Assembly (NCBI GenBank): GCA_965279375.1
Contig: OZ257156.1
Location: 1,952,001 to 2,016,000 of the forward strand
Direction of reading: 5' to 3'
DNA length: 64,000 bases
Origin: Gemmatimonas sp.
Lineage (GTDB): Bacteria; Gemmatimonadota; Gemmatimonadetes; Gemmatimonadales; Gemmatimonadaceae
Made by a program: the position numbers and the translations under genes. Shown here piece by piece: positions 39,962 to 49,147 of the stretch. The notes below the pieces were generated by a model that made no database searches, was not told the origin of the DNA, and saw only the letters and a list, made by a program, of their open reading frames with translations. The stretch's first letter is position 1. Each line of letters begins with the position of its first letter.

Positions 39962-42712
39962 GTGAACAAGACAGAGACTACGCGTCGGTCAACACGCGTT
40001 GTGATGTGGGCCGGGGTGGTGCTGCCGCAACTGCTGTTGCTCCTGCTGCGTCCGACGGCGGCGCGAGCGCAAGCTGGCGCGCACGCGATCGCCGTCCCCA
40101 CGGCGACCGCGGCCGCACGGCGTGGGGCGATCACGCTGGATGGGCACCTCGACGAAGCGACGTGGCAGGCCGCGCCGCCGGTAACCGAGTTCACGCAGTT
40201 CAATCCCGACCACGGCAAGCCTGCGTCCGAGTCGATGGAAGTGCGATTTCTCTACGATGAGACGGCGCTCTATGTAGGCGCCCGTCTCGGTGATTCGCAG
40301 GGCGCGCGTGGTGTGATGAAGACCGTTGTTCGCCGCGATGCGTTCTTCAACTCGGACTTCTTCGAGATCGTGATCGATGGCTTTCACGATCATCTGAGCC
40401 GAGCATTCTTTCAGGTGAATCCTTCTGGTTCGCGCAGCGACATCCTGGGAACCGGCAACTCCTGCTGCGACGATGGATGGGATCCGGTGTGGGAAGCTCG
40501 CACGAGCGTGGACAGCACCGGATGGACGGTGGAGATGCGCATCCCACTGAGTCAGCTGCGCTTCTCGCGCGATTCGGTGCAGACGTGGGGGCTGCAGATC
40601 CGTCGCTTTCTCAAACGGCGCGATGAAACCGATCAATGGTCGATCTGGGGCCGTCAGGAGGCCGGCGGCCCCGCGCGATTTGGCCATCTCGAGGGGATGC
40701 ATCTCGCGGCGCGGCGCAGGACCGTGGAGCTGTTGCCGTATGCGATGCAGCGCACGGCGAGTCTGCAGGGTGCGCCGGGAGATCCGTTCAAGGCGGGCAC
40801 GAAGCCGTCGGTGCGTGGCGGGATGGATCTCAAGTACATGGTGACGCCCAACCTCACGCTCGATGCCACCGTAAACCCGGACTTCGGGCAGGTGGAGGTT
40901 GATCCCGCCGTGGTGAACCTCTCCGCGTTCGAGCCGTTCTTTCAGGAGCGCCGGCCGTTCTTCGTCTCCAGTTCGGGCGTGTTCGACTTCGGTGACTTCA
41001 ACTGCTTCTTCTGCTCCAATGTCTCGAATCTGCAGGCGTTCTATTCACGACGTGTGGGGCGTGCACCAACGGGCGGCGATCTTGCCTATGCACGCGGCGC
41101 GTACGCGGACATTCCACCAGCCGCCACGATTCTCGGCGCGGCCAAGATCACGGGGCGCACGTCGTCCGGCGTCACGGTTGGCTTGCTCGACGCGGTGACC
41201 GGGCGTGCTGTTGCGGACGTGCGCACGCTGGACGGAGCACGCGTACGACAGGAGGTGGAGCCGCAGGCGAACTATCTCGTTGGTCGCATCAAGAAAGACC
41301 TGCGGCGCGGTGATCTCGTACTCGGCATGATCGGTACGAGTACGTCGCGGCAGCTCGGCGATGCTTTCGCGTCGCGCTTGAGCTCGCACGCTGAGTTGCT
41401 GGGCGGAGACTGGAAGTATCAGTGGAAGTCGCGCACGTACTCGTGGATGGGAAGCGCGGCGTTGACGGGTGTGTCGGGCGACCCGCGGGTGATTTCGGCG
41501 CGGCAGCTCTCGAGTGCGCGCTTCTATCAACGCCCCGATCGACAGCAGGGTGCGAGTGGGTTCTTCGCGTCGCGTCTCGACTCGACGGCCACGGTGATGC
41601 GCGGATACGGCGGCTACACGCGTCTGGCGAAGGACGCGGGCGCATGGCTGTGGGAGCTGGCGATGAATGTGCGCAGCCCCGGTTTCGAGACGAATGACTA
41701 CTCCTTCCTGACGAGCGCTGACTACATCTGGAACAGCGCGAATCTGCTGCGTACGTGGCAGAAGCCAAGGAAGTACTATCGCGATCTGACGTTGATTGCC
41801 GGTACGCAGGTGCAGCGAAACTTCAGCGGCGACATCACCAGCAACACGCAGCAACATGCGTATGCCGGCGGCACGACGCCGCAGTTCTGGAACTGGAACG
41901 TCATCATGATCCGCAGGCCACAAGGCTTGCTGGACGATCGGCTGTTGCGTGGAGGGCCGTCGGTACGGATGCCGGGCAGCACGCTTTTCGGGATGAACCT
42001 GGGAACGGATTCGCGCAAGCAGTGGCGGCTCAGCACTGGTCCGTCGATTTCCACGACCACGGCAGGCGGCTACGAACGCTCCGTCGATCTGACGGTCCGA
42101 CTGCAAGCCTCGACGCGCGCCTTCATCTCGTTCGGGCCGTCGTTCGCGGATTCGTACAACACGTTGCAGTACGTCACGGCGCGTCGTGATCCACTGGCGT
42201 CCACATTCGCCGGCCAGCGCTACCTCCTGGCCGACGTACACCAGCGGCAGCTCGGTCTGGACTCTCGCGTCAACGTCACCTTCTCTCCCAAGATGACGCT
42301 CGAGCTTTATGCGCAACCGTTCTTTGCGAGCGGACACTACGACGCGTTCAAGGAGTTCGCGGCGCCACGGCGCGAGGCGGTGCAGGTGTACGGAAAGGAT
42401 CGCGGGACAGTGCAGCCGGTCGTTGGTGCCGATGGGATCGTGCAGCAGTACGTGCTGGATCCGGATGGCGCGGGTGCTGCGCCGTCGTTCAGTGTGGGCA
42501 ATCCGGACTTCAACTTTCGCTCGCTGCGCGGGAGTGTGGTGTATCGGTGGGAGTATCATCCGGGATCAACACTGTTCTTCGTGTGGACGCAGCAGCGAAG
42601 CGATCAGGCGCCAGTGGGCGACTTTCAGTTCGGACGCGATCGGAATGCGCTGCTGCGAGCAAAGCCGGACAACATCTTTCTCGTGAAAGCGAGTTGGTGG
42701 TTGGCGCGGTAG
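39962..42712 (+). CDS. DUF5916-family outer-membrane protein with N-terminal CBM9-like domain
   Basis: LDGHLDE..W, GWTVEMRIPLSQLRF, LDATVNPDFGQVEVD, FFQERRPFF, C-terminal FLVKASWW. Confidence 0.88.
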   Translation: MNKTETTRRSTRVVMWAGVVLPQLLLLLLRPTAARAQAGAHAIAVPTATAAARRGAITLDGHLDEATWQAAPPVTEFTQFNPDHGKPASESMEVRFLYDETALYVGARLGDSQGARGVMKTVVRRDAFFNSDFFEIVIDGFHDHLSRAFFQVNPSGSRSDILGTGNSCCDDGWDPVWEARTSVDSTGWTVEMRIPLSQLRFSRDSVQTWGLQIRRFLKRRDETDQWSIWGRQEAGGPARFGHLEGMHLAARRRTVELLPYAMQRTASLQGAPGDPFKAGTKPSVRGGMDLKYMVTPNLTLDATVNPDFGQVEVDPAVVNLSAFEPFFQERRPFFVSSSGVFDFGDFNCFFCSNVSNLQAFYSRRVGRAPTGGDLAYARGAYADIPPAATILGAAKITGRTSSGVTVGLLDAVTGRAVADVRTLDGARVRQEVEPQANYLVGRIKKDLRRGDLVLGMIGTSTSRQLGDAFASRLSSHAELLGGDWKYQWKSRTYSWMGSAALTGVSGDPRVISARQLSSARFYQRPDRQQGASGFFASRLDSTATVMRGYGGYTRLAKDAGAWLWELAMNVRSPGFETNDYSFLTSADYIWNSANLLRTWQKPRKYYRDLTLIAGTQVQRNFSGDITSNTQQHAYAGGTTPQFWNWNVIMIRRPQGLLDDRLLRGGPSVRMPGSTLFGMNLGTDSRKQWRLSTGPSISTTTAGGYERSVDLTVRLQASTRAFISFGPSFADSYNTLQYVTARRDPLASTFAGQRYLLADVHQRQLGLDSRVNVTFSPKMTLELYAQPFFASGHYDAFKEFAAPRREAVQVYGKDRGTVQPVVGADGIVQQYVLDPDGAGAAPSFSVGNPDFNFRSLRGSVVYRWEYHPGSTLFFVWTQQRSDQAPVGDFQFGRDRNALLRAKPDNIFLVKASWWLAR

Positions 42713-42739
42713 CGTGCGATTGTTCGAGGGCGACGCCGC

Positions 42740-43324
42740 ATGGTCTTGTCGTCGCCCTCCCTCACACACGTTCACCACATGGACGCTCGACAGAAAGCCG
42801 CGCTGGCGCTGTGGGACTGGGTGGGACAGGCACGTCCGCACTTTGCCGTCGCACCGACTGACGCACAGGAGTCGGTGTGGGACTATCCCCGGCCGCCGCG
42901 CGTGGTGCCCGACACGCGCGAGGTGATCGTGCGAGTTGGTGGCGTGGAGATCATTCGCACAGCACGTGCGCTGCGGCTGCTCGAGACGGCGAGTCCGCCC
43001 TCGTTCTATCTGCCGATGGCGGACGTCATGGCCGGTGCGCTCGTGCCCGCCGCGGGCGCATCGCATTGCGAATGGAAAGGGCGTGCGCGCTACTGGACCA
43101 TCGTGGCGGGCGACATGCGTTTGGAGCGAGCGGCGTGGTCATACGATGCGCCGGCGTCGCCGTACGAGGTGCTGCGTGATCACGTGGCGCTCTATCCTAC
43201 GCATGCCGAGTGCACAGTGGATGGCGAGCGCGTCCGACCGCAGGACGGCGGTTTTTATGGCGGATGGGTGACGAATGAGATTGTAGGGCCGTGGAAGGGC
43301 GGCCCCGGGACCGGCGGCTGGTAG
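42740..43324 (+). CDS. DUF427 (NTP_transf_9) protein
   Basis: ESVWDYPRPP, LETASPP.FY, CEWKG.A.YW, AAWSY, FYGGWVT. Confidence 0.9.
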   Translation: MVLSSPSLTHVHHMDARQKAALALWDWVGQARPHFAVAPTDAQESVWDYPRPPRVVPDTREVIVRVGGVEIIRTARALRLLETASPPSFYLPMADVMAGALVPAAGASHCEWKGRARYWTIVAGDMRLERAAWSYDAPASPYEVLRDHVALYPTHAECTVDGERVRPQDGGFYGGWVTNEIVGPWKGGPGTGGW

Positions 43325-43327
43325 CAG

Positions 43328-44110
43328 TCAGAATCGCAGCGAGAGGCAGCTCAGCCCACCGTCCATCTTGGCGAACTCGCTCATGTCCAGCACTTCGAGC
43401 GTGTAGCCCGCTTCACGCAGCATCGCATGCGTGCGCGGATAGCCGGCGGCGACAAAGATCACATCGTTCACTCGCACGCAGTTGGCCGCGTACTCCTCAC
43501 CAGCGGGAACTCGCAGCACGTCGTAGTCATCGAATGCCGGATTGTCGGCGAGTGCATCGATCGAAATGAGCAGCTCCTCTTCGAGTGCGCAGACGCCGCT
43601 CTTGAGATGCAGAATGCCGGGCGTATTGCGAATGTCCACGACAGACGCCGTGCAGCCGTTCATCGCGAGCCAGTCCACGAGCTGCTGCGCACCATTGGCG
43701 TTGGTGCGGTGAGAAAGTCCGATGAACACATGCGGACCCACTTCGCACACGTCCCCGGCGTCGAGCGTGCCCGGTGCCTCGATCTGCGGCAGTTCAGCGA
43801 AGACCTTTGCGACGGCGTCGCGGATCGCGTCCACTTCGCCCGCGCGGCTCTCTGCTCCGGGACGGGTGAGAATAGCCCCGTCGTCCGGCAGAATGAGCGC
43901 GGTATCCTCGACAAACGTGGAGTCGGGGTAGCGCGGGTCGGCCGGTAGTGTGGTCAGCGCGCAGCCATGGCGCACGAGTGCCGCGCAGTACGCCGCATGC
44001 TGCTTGAGTGCGAGATCCACGTCGGGGGTGCCCAGGTCCATCGTGGTCAGTCCGTCGGCAAAGTTGCGGGCCGGCGGGCGTACGATGGCGTGGCGAAAGC
44101 GAGAAAACAT
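43328..44110 (-). CDS. Dimethylarginine dimethylaminohydrolase (amidinotransferase superfamily)
   Basis: PDSTFVED, RPGAESRAGE, LHLKS, KMDGGLSCLSLRF. Confidence 0.92.
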   Translation of the reverse strand: MFSRFRHAIVRPPARNFADGLTTMDLGTPDVDLALKQHAAYCAALVRHGCALTTLPADPRYPDSTFVEDTALILPDDGAILTRPGAESRAGEVDAIRDAVAKVFAELPQIEAPGTLDAGDVCEVGPHVFIGLSHRTNANGAQQLVDWLAMNGCTASVVDIRNTPGILHLKSGVCALEEELLISIDALADNPAFDDYDVLRVPAGEEYAANCVRVNDVIFVAAGYPRTHAMLREAGYTLEVLDMSEFAKMDGGLSCLSLRF

Positions 44111-44220
44111 GGCGCGTGGCGTTGGGAGGCAGACAAGAGAATTGTTCACCAGTATGGCGCGACTTGTGTCCGTGCGGAATGATTGGCGCACTGATTTGCG
44201 GCCCACCTCTACCGCCTCGC

Positions 44221-45531
44221 ATGTCCGACACGCTCGAACGAACCCTTGGGGTGCGCGACCTGACGCTGCTGGTGATCGGCAATGTCATTGGGTCAGGAAT
44301 CTTTCTGGTGCCTGCCGCCGTGCTGGCGCAGAGCGGGGAATCGGTGCCAGTCGCGATCTCCGTGTGGCTCGTAGGCGGGCTTCTCTCTCTGCTCGGCGCG
44401 TTGTCGTACGCGGAGCTGGGCAGCATGGACCCGAGCGCGGGCGGACTCTATGCGTACATCCGCGATGCGTTCGGTCCCTTCCCGGCGTTCCTCTACGGCT
44501 GGACACTCTTCTTCGTGATCGGGGCCGGCACCATTGCCACGCTGTGCGTGGCCGCGGCCGACTATCTCACGCAGTTCACGCCGCTCAGCCCGATGGCCAA
44601 GAGCGCGTGCGCGGTCGCGCTGATCGTGCTGATGGCCGTCCTCAACGTGCGTGGCACGCGGGAAGGTACGTCGGTGCAGAATGTGGCGACCGGCATCAAG
44701 GTGCTCGCGATTCTCATCATGAGTGCGGTGATGTTCGCACTGGGACACGGGAGTACGCTCGCGCCGGTGCCCCACACTGTCACGCCGCTCTCGGTCTCCG
44801 GGGTTGGCCTGTCGATCATCTCGGTGCTGTGGGCTTACGAAGGCTGGCAGTACGTCACCTTTGTGGCCGGTGAAGCGAAGGACCCGCAACGTTCCATTCC
44901 CCGCGCTATCATCTGGGGCACGGTCGCGCTAATTGCGATCTACATTGTCGCCAACTTCGGCTATCTCGCGGCGCTCGGCGTGTCGCGTATGGCGGCCTCC
45001 AATCGCGTCGCTGGCGAGGCGGTCGCGCAGGTGATGGGACCACTCGCGGGCTATCTCGTGGCTTCGGCGATCATCGTGTCGATGTACAGCGCGGCGCATG
45101 CGACAGTGATCACCGTTCCGCGCGTCTACTTCGCGATGGCCAAGGACGGCGTCTTCTTTCCGCAGATGACGCGCATTCACCCCAAGTTCGGCACGCCGGC
45201 GTTCGCGATCATCACGAGCTGTGCATGGGCGGCGATACTCGCGCTGAGCGGCACGTTCGAGCAGCTGCTCACCTACGTGGTGTTCATCGGATGGATTTTC
45301 TATGCGTTGGGAGCGGCAGCCGTCATCGCGCTGCGCATCAAGCGGCCCGACGCTGTGCGCCCGTTTCGCGTGCCGGGCTATCCCGTGACGCCGGTCGTGT
45401 TCGTGCTCGCCGCGGCGGTGATCGTGCTCAATACGGTCATGTCGCAACCCGGGCAGGCCGCGATCGGCATTGGGGTGGTGCTGCTTGGCGCGCCGGCATA
45501 CGCGTTGTGGCGCCGGCGCGCCAAGGTCTAG
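44221..45531 (+). CDS. APC-family amino acid permease (LAT/SteT-like)
   Basis: IGSGIF, AGGLYAY, WAYEGW, GEAKDPQR, RPFRVPGYP. Confidence 0.93.
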   Translation: MSDTLERTLGVRDLTLLVIGNVIGSGIFLVPAAVLAQSGESVPVAISVWLVGGLLSLLGALSYAELGSMDPSAGGLYAYIRDAFGPFPAFLYGWTLFFVIGAGTIATLCVAAADYLTQFTPLSPMAKSACAVALIVLMAVLNVRGTREGTSVQNVATGIKVLAILIMSAVMFALGHGSTLAPVPHTVTPLSVSGVGLSIISVLWAYEGWQYVTFVAGEAKDPQRSIPRAIIWGTVALIAIYIVANFGYLAALGVSRMAASNRVAGEAVAQVMGPLAGYLVASAIIVSMYSAAHATVITVPRVYFAMAKDGVFFPQMTRIHPKFGTPAFAIITSCAWAAILALSGTFEQLLTYVVFIGWIFYALGAAAVIALRIKRPDAVRPFRVPGYPVTPVVFVLAAAVIVLNTVMSQPGQAAIGIGVVLLGAPAYALWRRRAKV

Positions 45532-45537
45532 CGGCGA

Positions 45538-48500
45538 CTACGGCTTCTTGGGTGCGTCGTGCGTCGTGCTCGACTTGGTGTTCATCTGCAGCGCGTCGTT
45601 GTTGACCCAGTAATTCGGGCCAAAGGGCACGGCCTTGGGCCATACCTGATCCAGCGACATCGCGTCGTACAACGTGCCGCCCTTCATCACCCACTTGAGG
45701 TCGGTGGTGTTGCGGATGTTGTCGAGCGGATTGGTGTTGAGGATCATCAAGTCGGCCAGCTTGCCCACTTCAAGCGAGCCGAGATCCTTCTCGGCGCCGA
45801 GGAACGTCGCACCGTGCAGCGACGCAACTTCCAACGCGCCCATGTTGCCGAGTGCACTCGCGCCCATCCACACCTCCCAGTGCGGGGCGAGACCGTGGTG
45901 CTCGCCGTGTGAGCCTAACGCGCCGTAGCCGCCTTCCTTGATGATGTCGGCCATCGCCTGCGCGATGAGCGGGAAGCTGTAGTCGGTCATGGGACGGAGT
46001 GTGCGCACGCGAAGCTGCGGCGTGAGTGCGCGCCACGGGAACCAGCGACGCTGCTTGGCGTCCTTCCACACGTCCGACTCCTGGAACCAGTACTCGATGT
46101 TCCACGCCTGTGGGCCGGCAACGACGAGTGTGGGTGAGTATGTCGCCTTGGCCTGGCCGAGGAACTTTGCGCCATCGGAGTACATGGGGACTTCGCTGAA
46201 CGGATGCTCCCACCCCGTCTGTCCGTCCATGATCATCGCGAGGTCTTCGAAAAAGTCGCTGCCTTCGGAGGTGACGTTGATGCCGACCTGACGGCTGGCT
46301 TCCGCGATCCACTGCCGCTGATCGCGACGTGGCTGCGCGTACTGCTTGATTTGCGTGGCGCCCCAGTCGTTCATGCGTCGCACGAGTGCCTGAGCGCCGG
46401 CAAGGTTGGTGATCTCGTTGGTGCGTGCGCCATCGCCAGCGCTGGCGTTGTCACCCGTGCTGAAAGTGCGCGGACCGATCATCTCGCCCGCTTCGATCAA
46501 CTCGGCGGTGGGGAAGACGTTCTGACTCCACGTGCTGACGTCCATCGTGGTGGTGACGCCGTACGCGAGATAGAGCGCCTGTTCGAAGTCGTGCGGCGGA
46601 CGCATGCCACGCCACTCGCGATAGTGATGCGAGTGCATGTCCACCCAGCCGGGAATGATCGTCTTGCCGCTGGCGTTGATGACGCGGTCGACACCGGATG
46701 TGGAGCACTTGCCCACGCAGGTGATGCGACTGCCTTTGACGACGATCGTGCCGCCGTTGATGACCTGCTTGCTATTAAGCGTGATCAGTCGTGCGCCGGT
46801 GATCGCCACCGTACCCGTCGGGACCGCGCGCGGTGCGCTCACGTTGAGCGTGACGGTGTCGGCGCGCTTGCTGTCCACGTGGTAGACGTAGAAGCGATTG
46901 CCGCTGCCCCACTCGAGCGTGCGTGCATCGCGCCAGCGCGGGAAGATGCCGCCGTCGCGTGAGAGCTGCGTGACCGGAAATGCGCCGCGTCGCTTCTCGA
47001 TGCCCAATGCGTTGGCGCCGGTGCCGTTCCACGCGAGCGTGGTGAGGTAGACGTTGTCACCTTCCTGAAAGGCGACGTACTCGCCGTCCGGGCTTGGCAC
47101 CATCTCGTCGGCCGCGGGGAAGGTCAGGTGCGTCTGCTTGTCGCTGCCGTCCGCCTTCACGCTCACCAGTGCCGTGCCACCGCGACCACCGGGAGCGCCG
47201 CCAACGCCCGGCGTTCCCGCGCGTTCGTCAGGAAAGAACAAGCGACCATTGGGGCCAAAGCTCGGGCGCAGCAATTGACGCCGTGCTTCATTGCCGACAG
47301 ACACGTTCGTTGGCTTGACGATCGTCGTGATGACGACTCCCGTGTCGTTGCCCGTTGCGGCGTAGCGTACGAGATCGAACCACGCGTTGTGTGTGAGCGT
47401 GCGACCGCGCGCCGTGGCACCTTCGCCACGCGCGACCACCACGCTGCGTCCGTCAGGGCTCCACACCGGATCGATGAAGTCGCCTTCCACGCGACTCAGC
47501 CTCGTTGGCGCACCACCGCTCGCCGGCGCCGTCCACAAATGCCCACGATTGCCGTCGTCGAAGGTGACGAACGCGATCGACTTGCCGTCGGGGCTCCACG
47601 TGGGCGCGTATTCGAGTGGCTTGAACGACGCGGGTGTGAGTCGCTGCGGCGTTCCCGTCGCGCCACGTTGCACGTACACATGTCCCAATGCCTGAAACGC
47701 GATCAGCGAACCGTCTGCATTGCTGCTCGGCCAGCGCACGAACTGCGCTTTCACGGCATCGTCGGTGATGCGAAACTCACGACGCGCCATCTCCGAGATG
47801 GTGCGATGCACCGTGGCCGTGAAGGCGATCGTGCTTACGGTGCCCGTGGCGACGTCCACACGACGCAGCTTGCCGCCCTGCGCCAGCACGAGACTCTTGC
47901 CGTCGGCTGCCCATTTGTAGCGCGGCAGCACGCCCAACGTCTTGCCGCCGCCGCTCGCGACCATCGGATCGATGGGATCCATGAGCATGCGTTCCGCGCC
48001 GGTGCTCAGGTCGCGCAGCCAGAGCGCGGTGCGTGGGCCGTACTTGTGCCCTTTGAACTCGATCAGGCCGTCGGGGATCTGTCGCGCAAACGCAATCCAA
48101 CGTCCGTCGGGCGAGACTTCAGGCATCGCCGCGCCGCCACTCGAAAAGCGACCGGCCGCCGCGCCAACACTCTCGCCGTTGGTGATGTCGAGAATCTCGC
48201 CGCCCTTGAAGGCAAAGCGACGCAACTGCATCGCACCGGCCAGCGGTTCGCGATCTGTCACCGACGGCATCGACACGTGGTAGTACAGATACCGGCCATC
48301 TGCGCTGATGCTCGGCGCGCTGCCACCCGGAACCAGCGTGAGGCCGCTGCCACCATCGCGGTGATACATCGCGAGTCCCGCTCCGCCACCTTCGCCGCCA
48401 CCACGGCCGCCGCGTCGCACCACGATGAACTGTCCGTCAGGTGTCCACGCCGGCTCCGCGGCGGTGACGGCTAGATCGGTGTAGACCGGCCGTGGGTTGG

Positions 48501-48939
48501 TACCATCGGCGTTCATGACCCAGAGGTTGTTCTGGCCGCGGCGATCGGAGATGAAGGCGATCGTCTTGCCGTCGGGCGAGATGCGCGGCTGGTAGTTGAG
48601 TGCGACGCCGCTGTTCTGTGTGAGCGCGGTTGCCGTGCCGCCGGCGGATGGAACGCGGTAAACGTGCCCCAGCAGATCGAAGTAGATCCACGCGCCATCG
48701 GCCGAGATGTCGGCGGACATCCACGTGCCTTCGCTGGTGGAGAAGTCGATGTCGCGCGTTTTGCCTCGGGCGAGGCTGACGTCCCAGCGGGCGCCGCCGG
48801 AGTCGGCGGCAGGTGCGCCGCCCGCGCGTTGCGCGAACACGGCGCAGGGGGTGGCCGCGATCAGCAGTGGCGCCGACAACAGCAGGGCCGAGAGCGGCCG
48901 TGGCACCGAACGGGCGGCGGCGGGGGTAGCGCGGGGCAT
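45538..48939 (-). CDS. Secreted TolB/PD40 beta-propeller plus amidohydrolase
   Basis: PRISPDG / PTWSPDG repeats; PGWVDMHSH, GWEH, GSLEVGKLADL. Confidence 0.92.
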   Translation of the reverse strand: MPRATPAAARSVPRPLSALLLSAPLLIAATPCAVFAQRAGGAPAADSGGARWDVSLARGKTRDIDFSTSEGTWMSADISADGAWIYFDLLGHVYRVPSAGGTATALTQNSGVALNYQPRISPDGKTIAFISDRRGQNNLWVMNADGTNPRPVYTDLAVTAAEPAWTPDGQFIVVRRGGRGGGEGGGAGLAMYHRDGGSGLTLVPGGSAPSISADGRYLYYHVSMPSVTDREPLAGAMQLRRFAFKGGEILDITNGESVGAAAGRFSSGGAAMPEVSPDGRWIAFARQIPDGLIEFKGHKYGPRTALWLRDLSTGAERMLMDPIDPMVASGGGKTLGVLPRYKWAADGKSLVLAQGGKLRRVDVATGTVSTIAFTATVHRTISEMARREFRITDDAVKAQFVRWPSSNADGSLIAFQALGHVYVQRGATGTPQRLTPASFKPLEYAPTWSPDGKSIAFVTFDDGNRGHLWTAPASGGAPTRLSRVEGDFIDPVWSPDGRSVVVARGEGATARGRTLTHNAWFDLVRYAATGNDTGVVITTIVKPTNVSVGNEARRQLLRPSFGPNGRLFFPDERAGTPGVGGAPGGRGGTALVSVKADGSDKQTHLTFPAADEMVPSPDGEYVAFQEGDNVYLTTLAWNGTGANALGIEKRRGAFPVTQLSRDGGIFPRWRDARTLEWGSGNRFYVYHVDSKRADTVTLNVSAPRAVPTGTVAITGARLITLNSKQVINGGTIVVKGSRITCVGKCSTSGVDRVINASGKTIIPGWVDMHSHHYREWRGMRPPHDFEQALYLAYGVTTTMDVSTWSQNVFPTAELIEAGEMIGPRTFSTGDNASAGDGARTNEITNLAGAQALVRRMNDWGATQIKQYAQPRRDQRQWIAEASRQVGINVTSEGSDFFEDLAMIMDGQTGWEHPFSEVPMYSDGAKFLGQAKATYSPTLVVAGPQAWNIEYWFQESDVWKDAKQRRWFPWRALTPQLRVRTLRPMTDYSFPLIAQAMADIIKEGGYGALGSHGEHHGLAPHWEVWMGASALGNMGALEVASLHGATFLGAEKDLGSLEVGKLADLMILNTNPLDNIRNTTDLKWVMKGGTLYDAMSLDQVWPKAVPFGPNYWVNNDALQMNTKSSTTHDAPKKP

Positions 48940-49147
48940 CCGTCTCTCCGGGAGGGCCAGCGATGCTGGCGTGGTGGTCGGCGTCCCGATGGACGCTCCG
49001 CGCAGACGTTACCACGACGAGCCCGCAGTCGGCCAGCAGCGCGGCCATGTGGCGCGGCCGCACGCTGCCAGTTGGGCGCGCTGGCCGTATGTTCGGAGTC
49101 GCAACCCGACCGATCCAACACGAAGACTCCACGTCGACACCTGCCTG

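Noticed and set aside
48707..49147. N-terminal extension of the M14 ORF (similar extensions at 8937-9776, 38239-38499, 51649-51825, 54980-55267)
   Set aside because: They overlap neighbouring genes; signal peptides or domain starts point to the downstream start codons.
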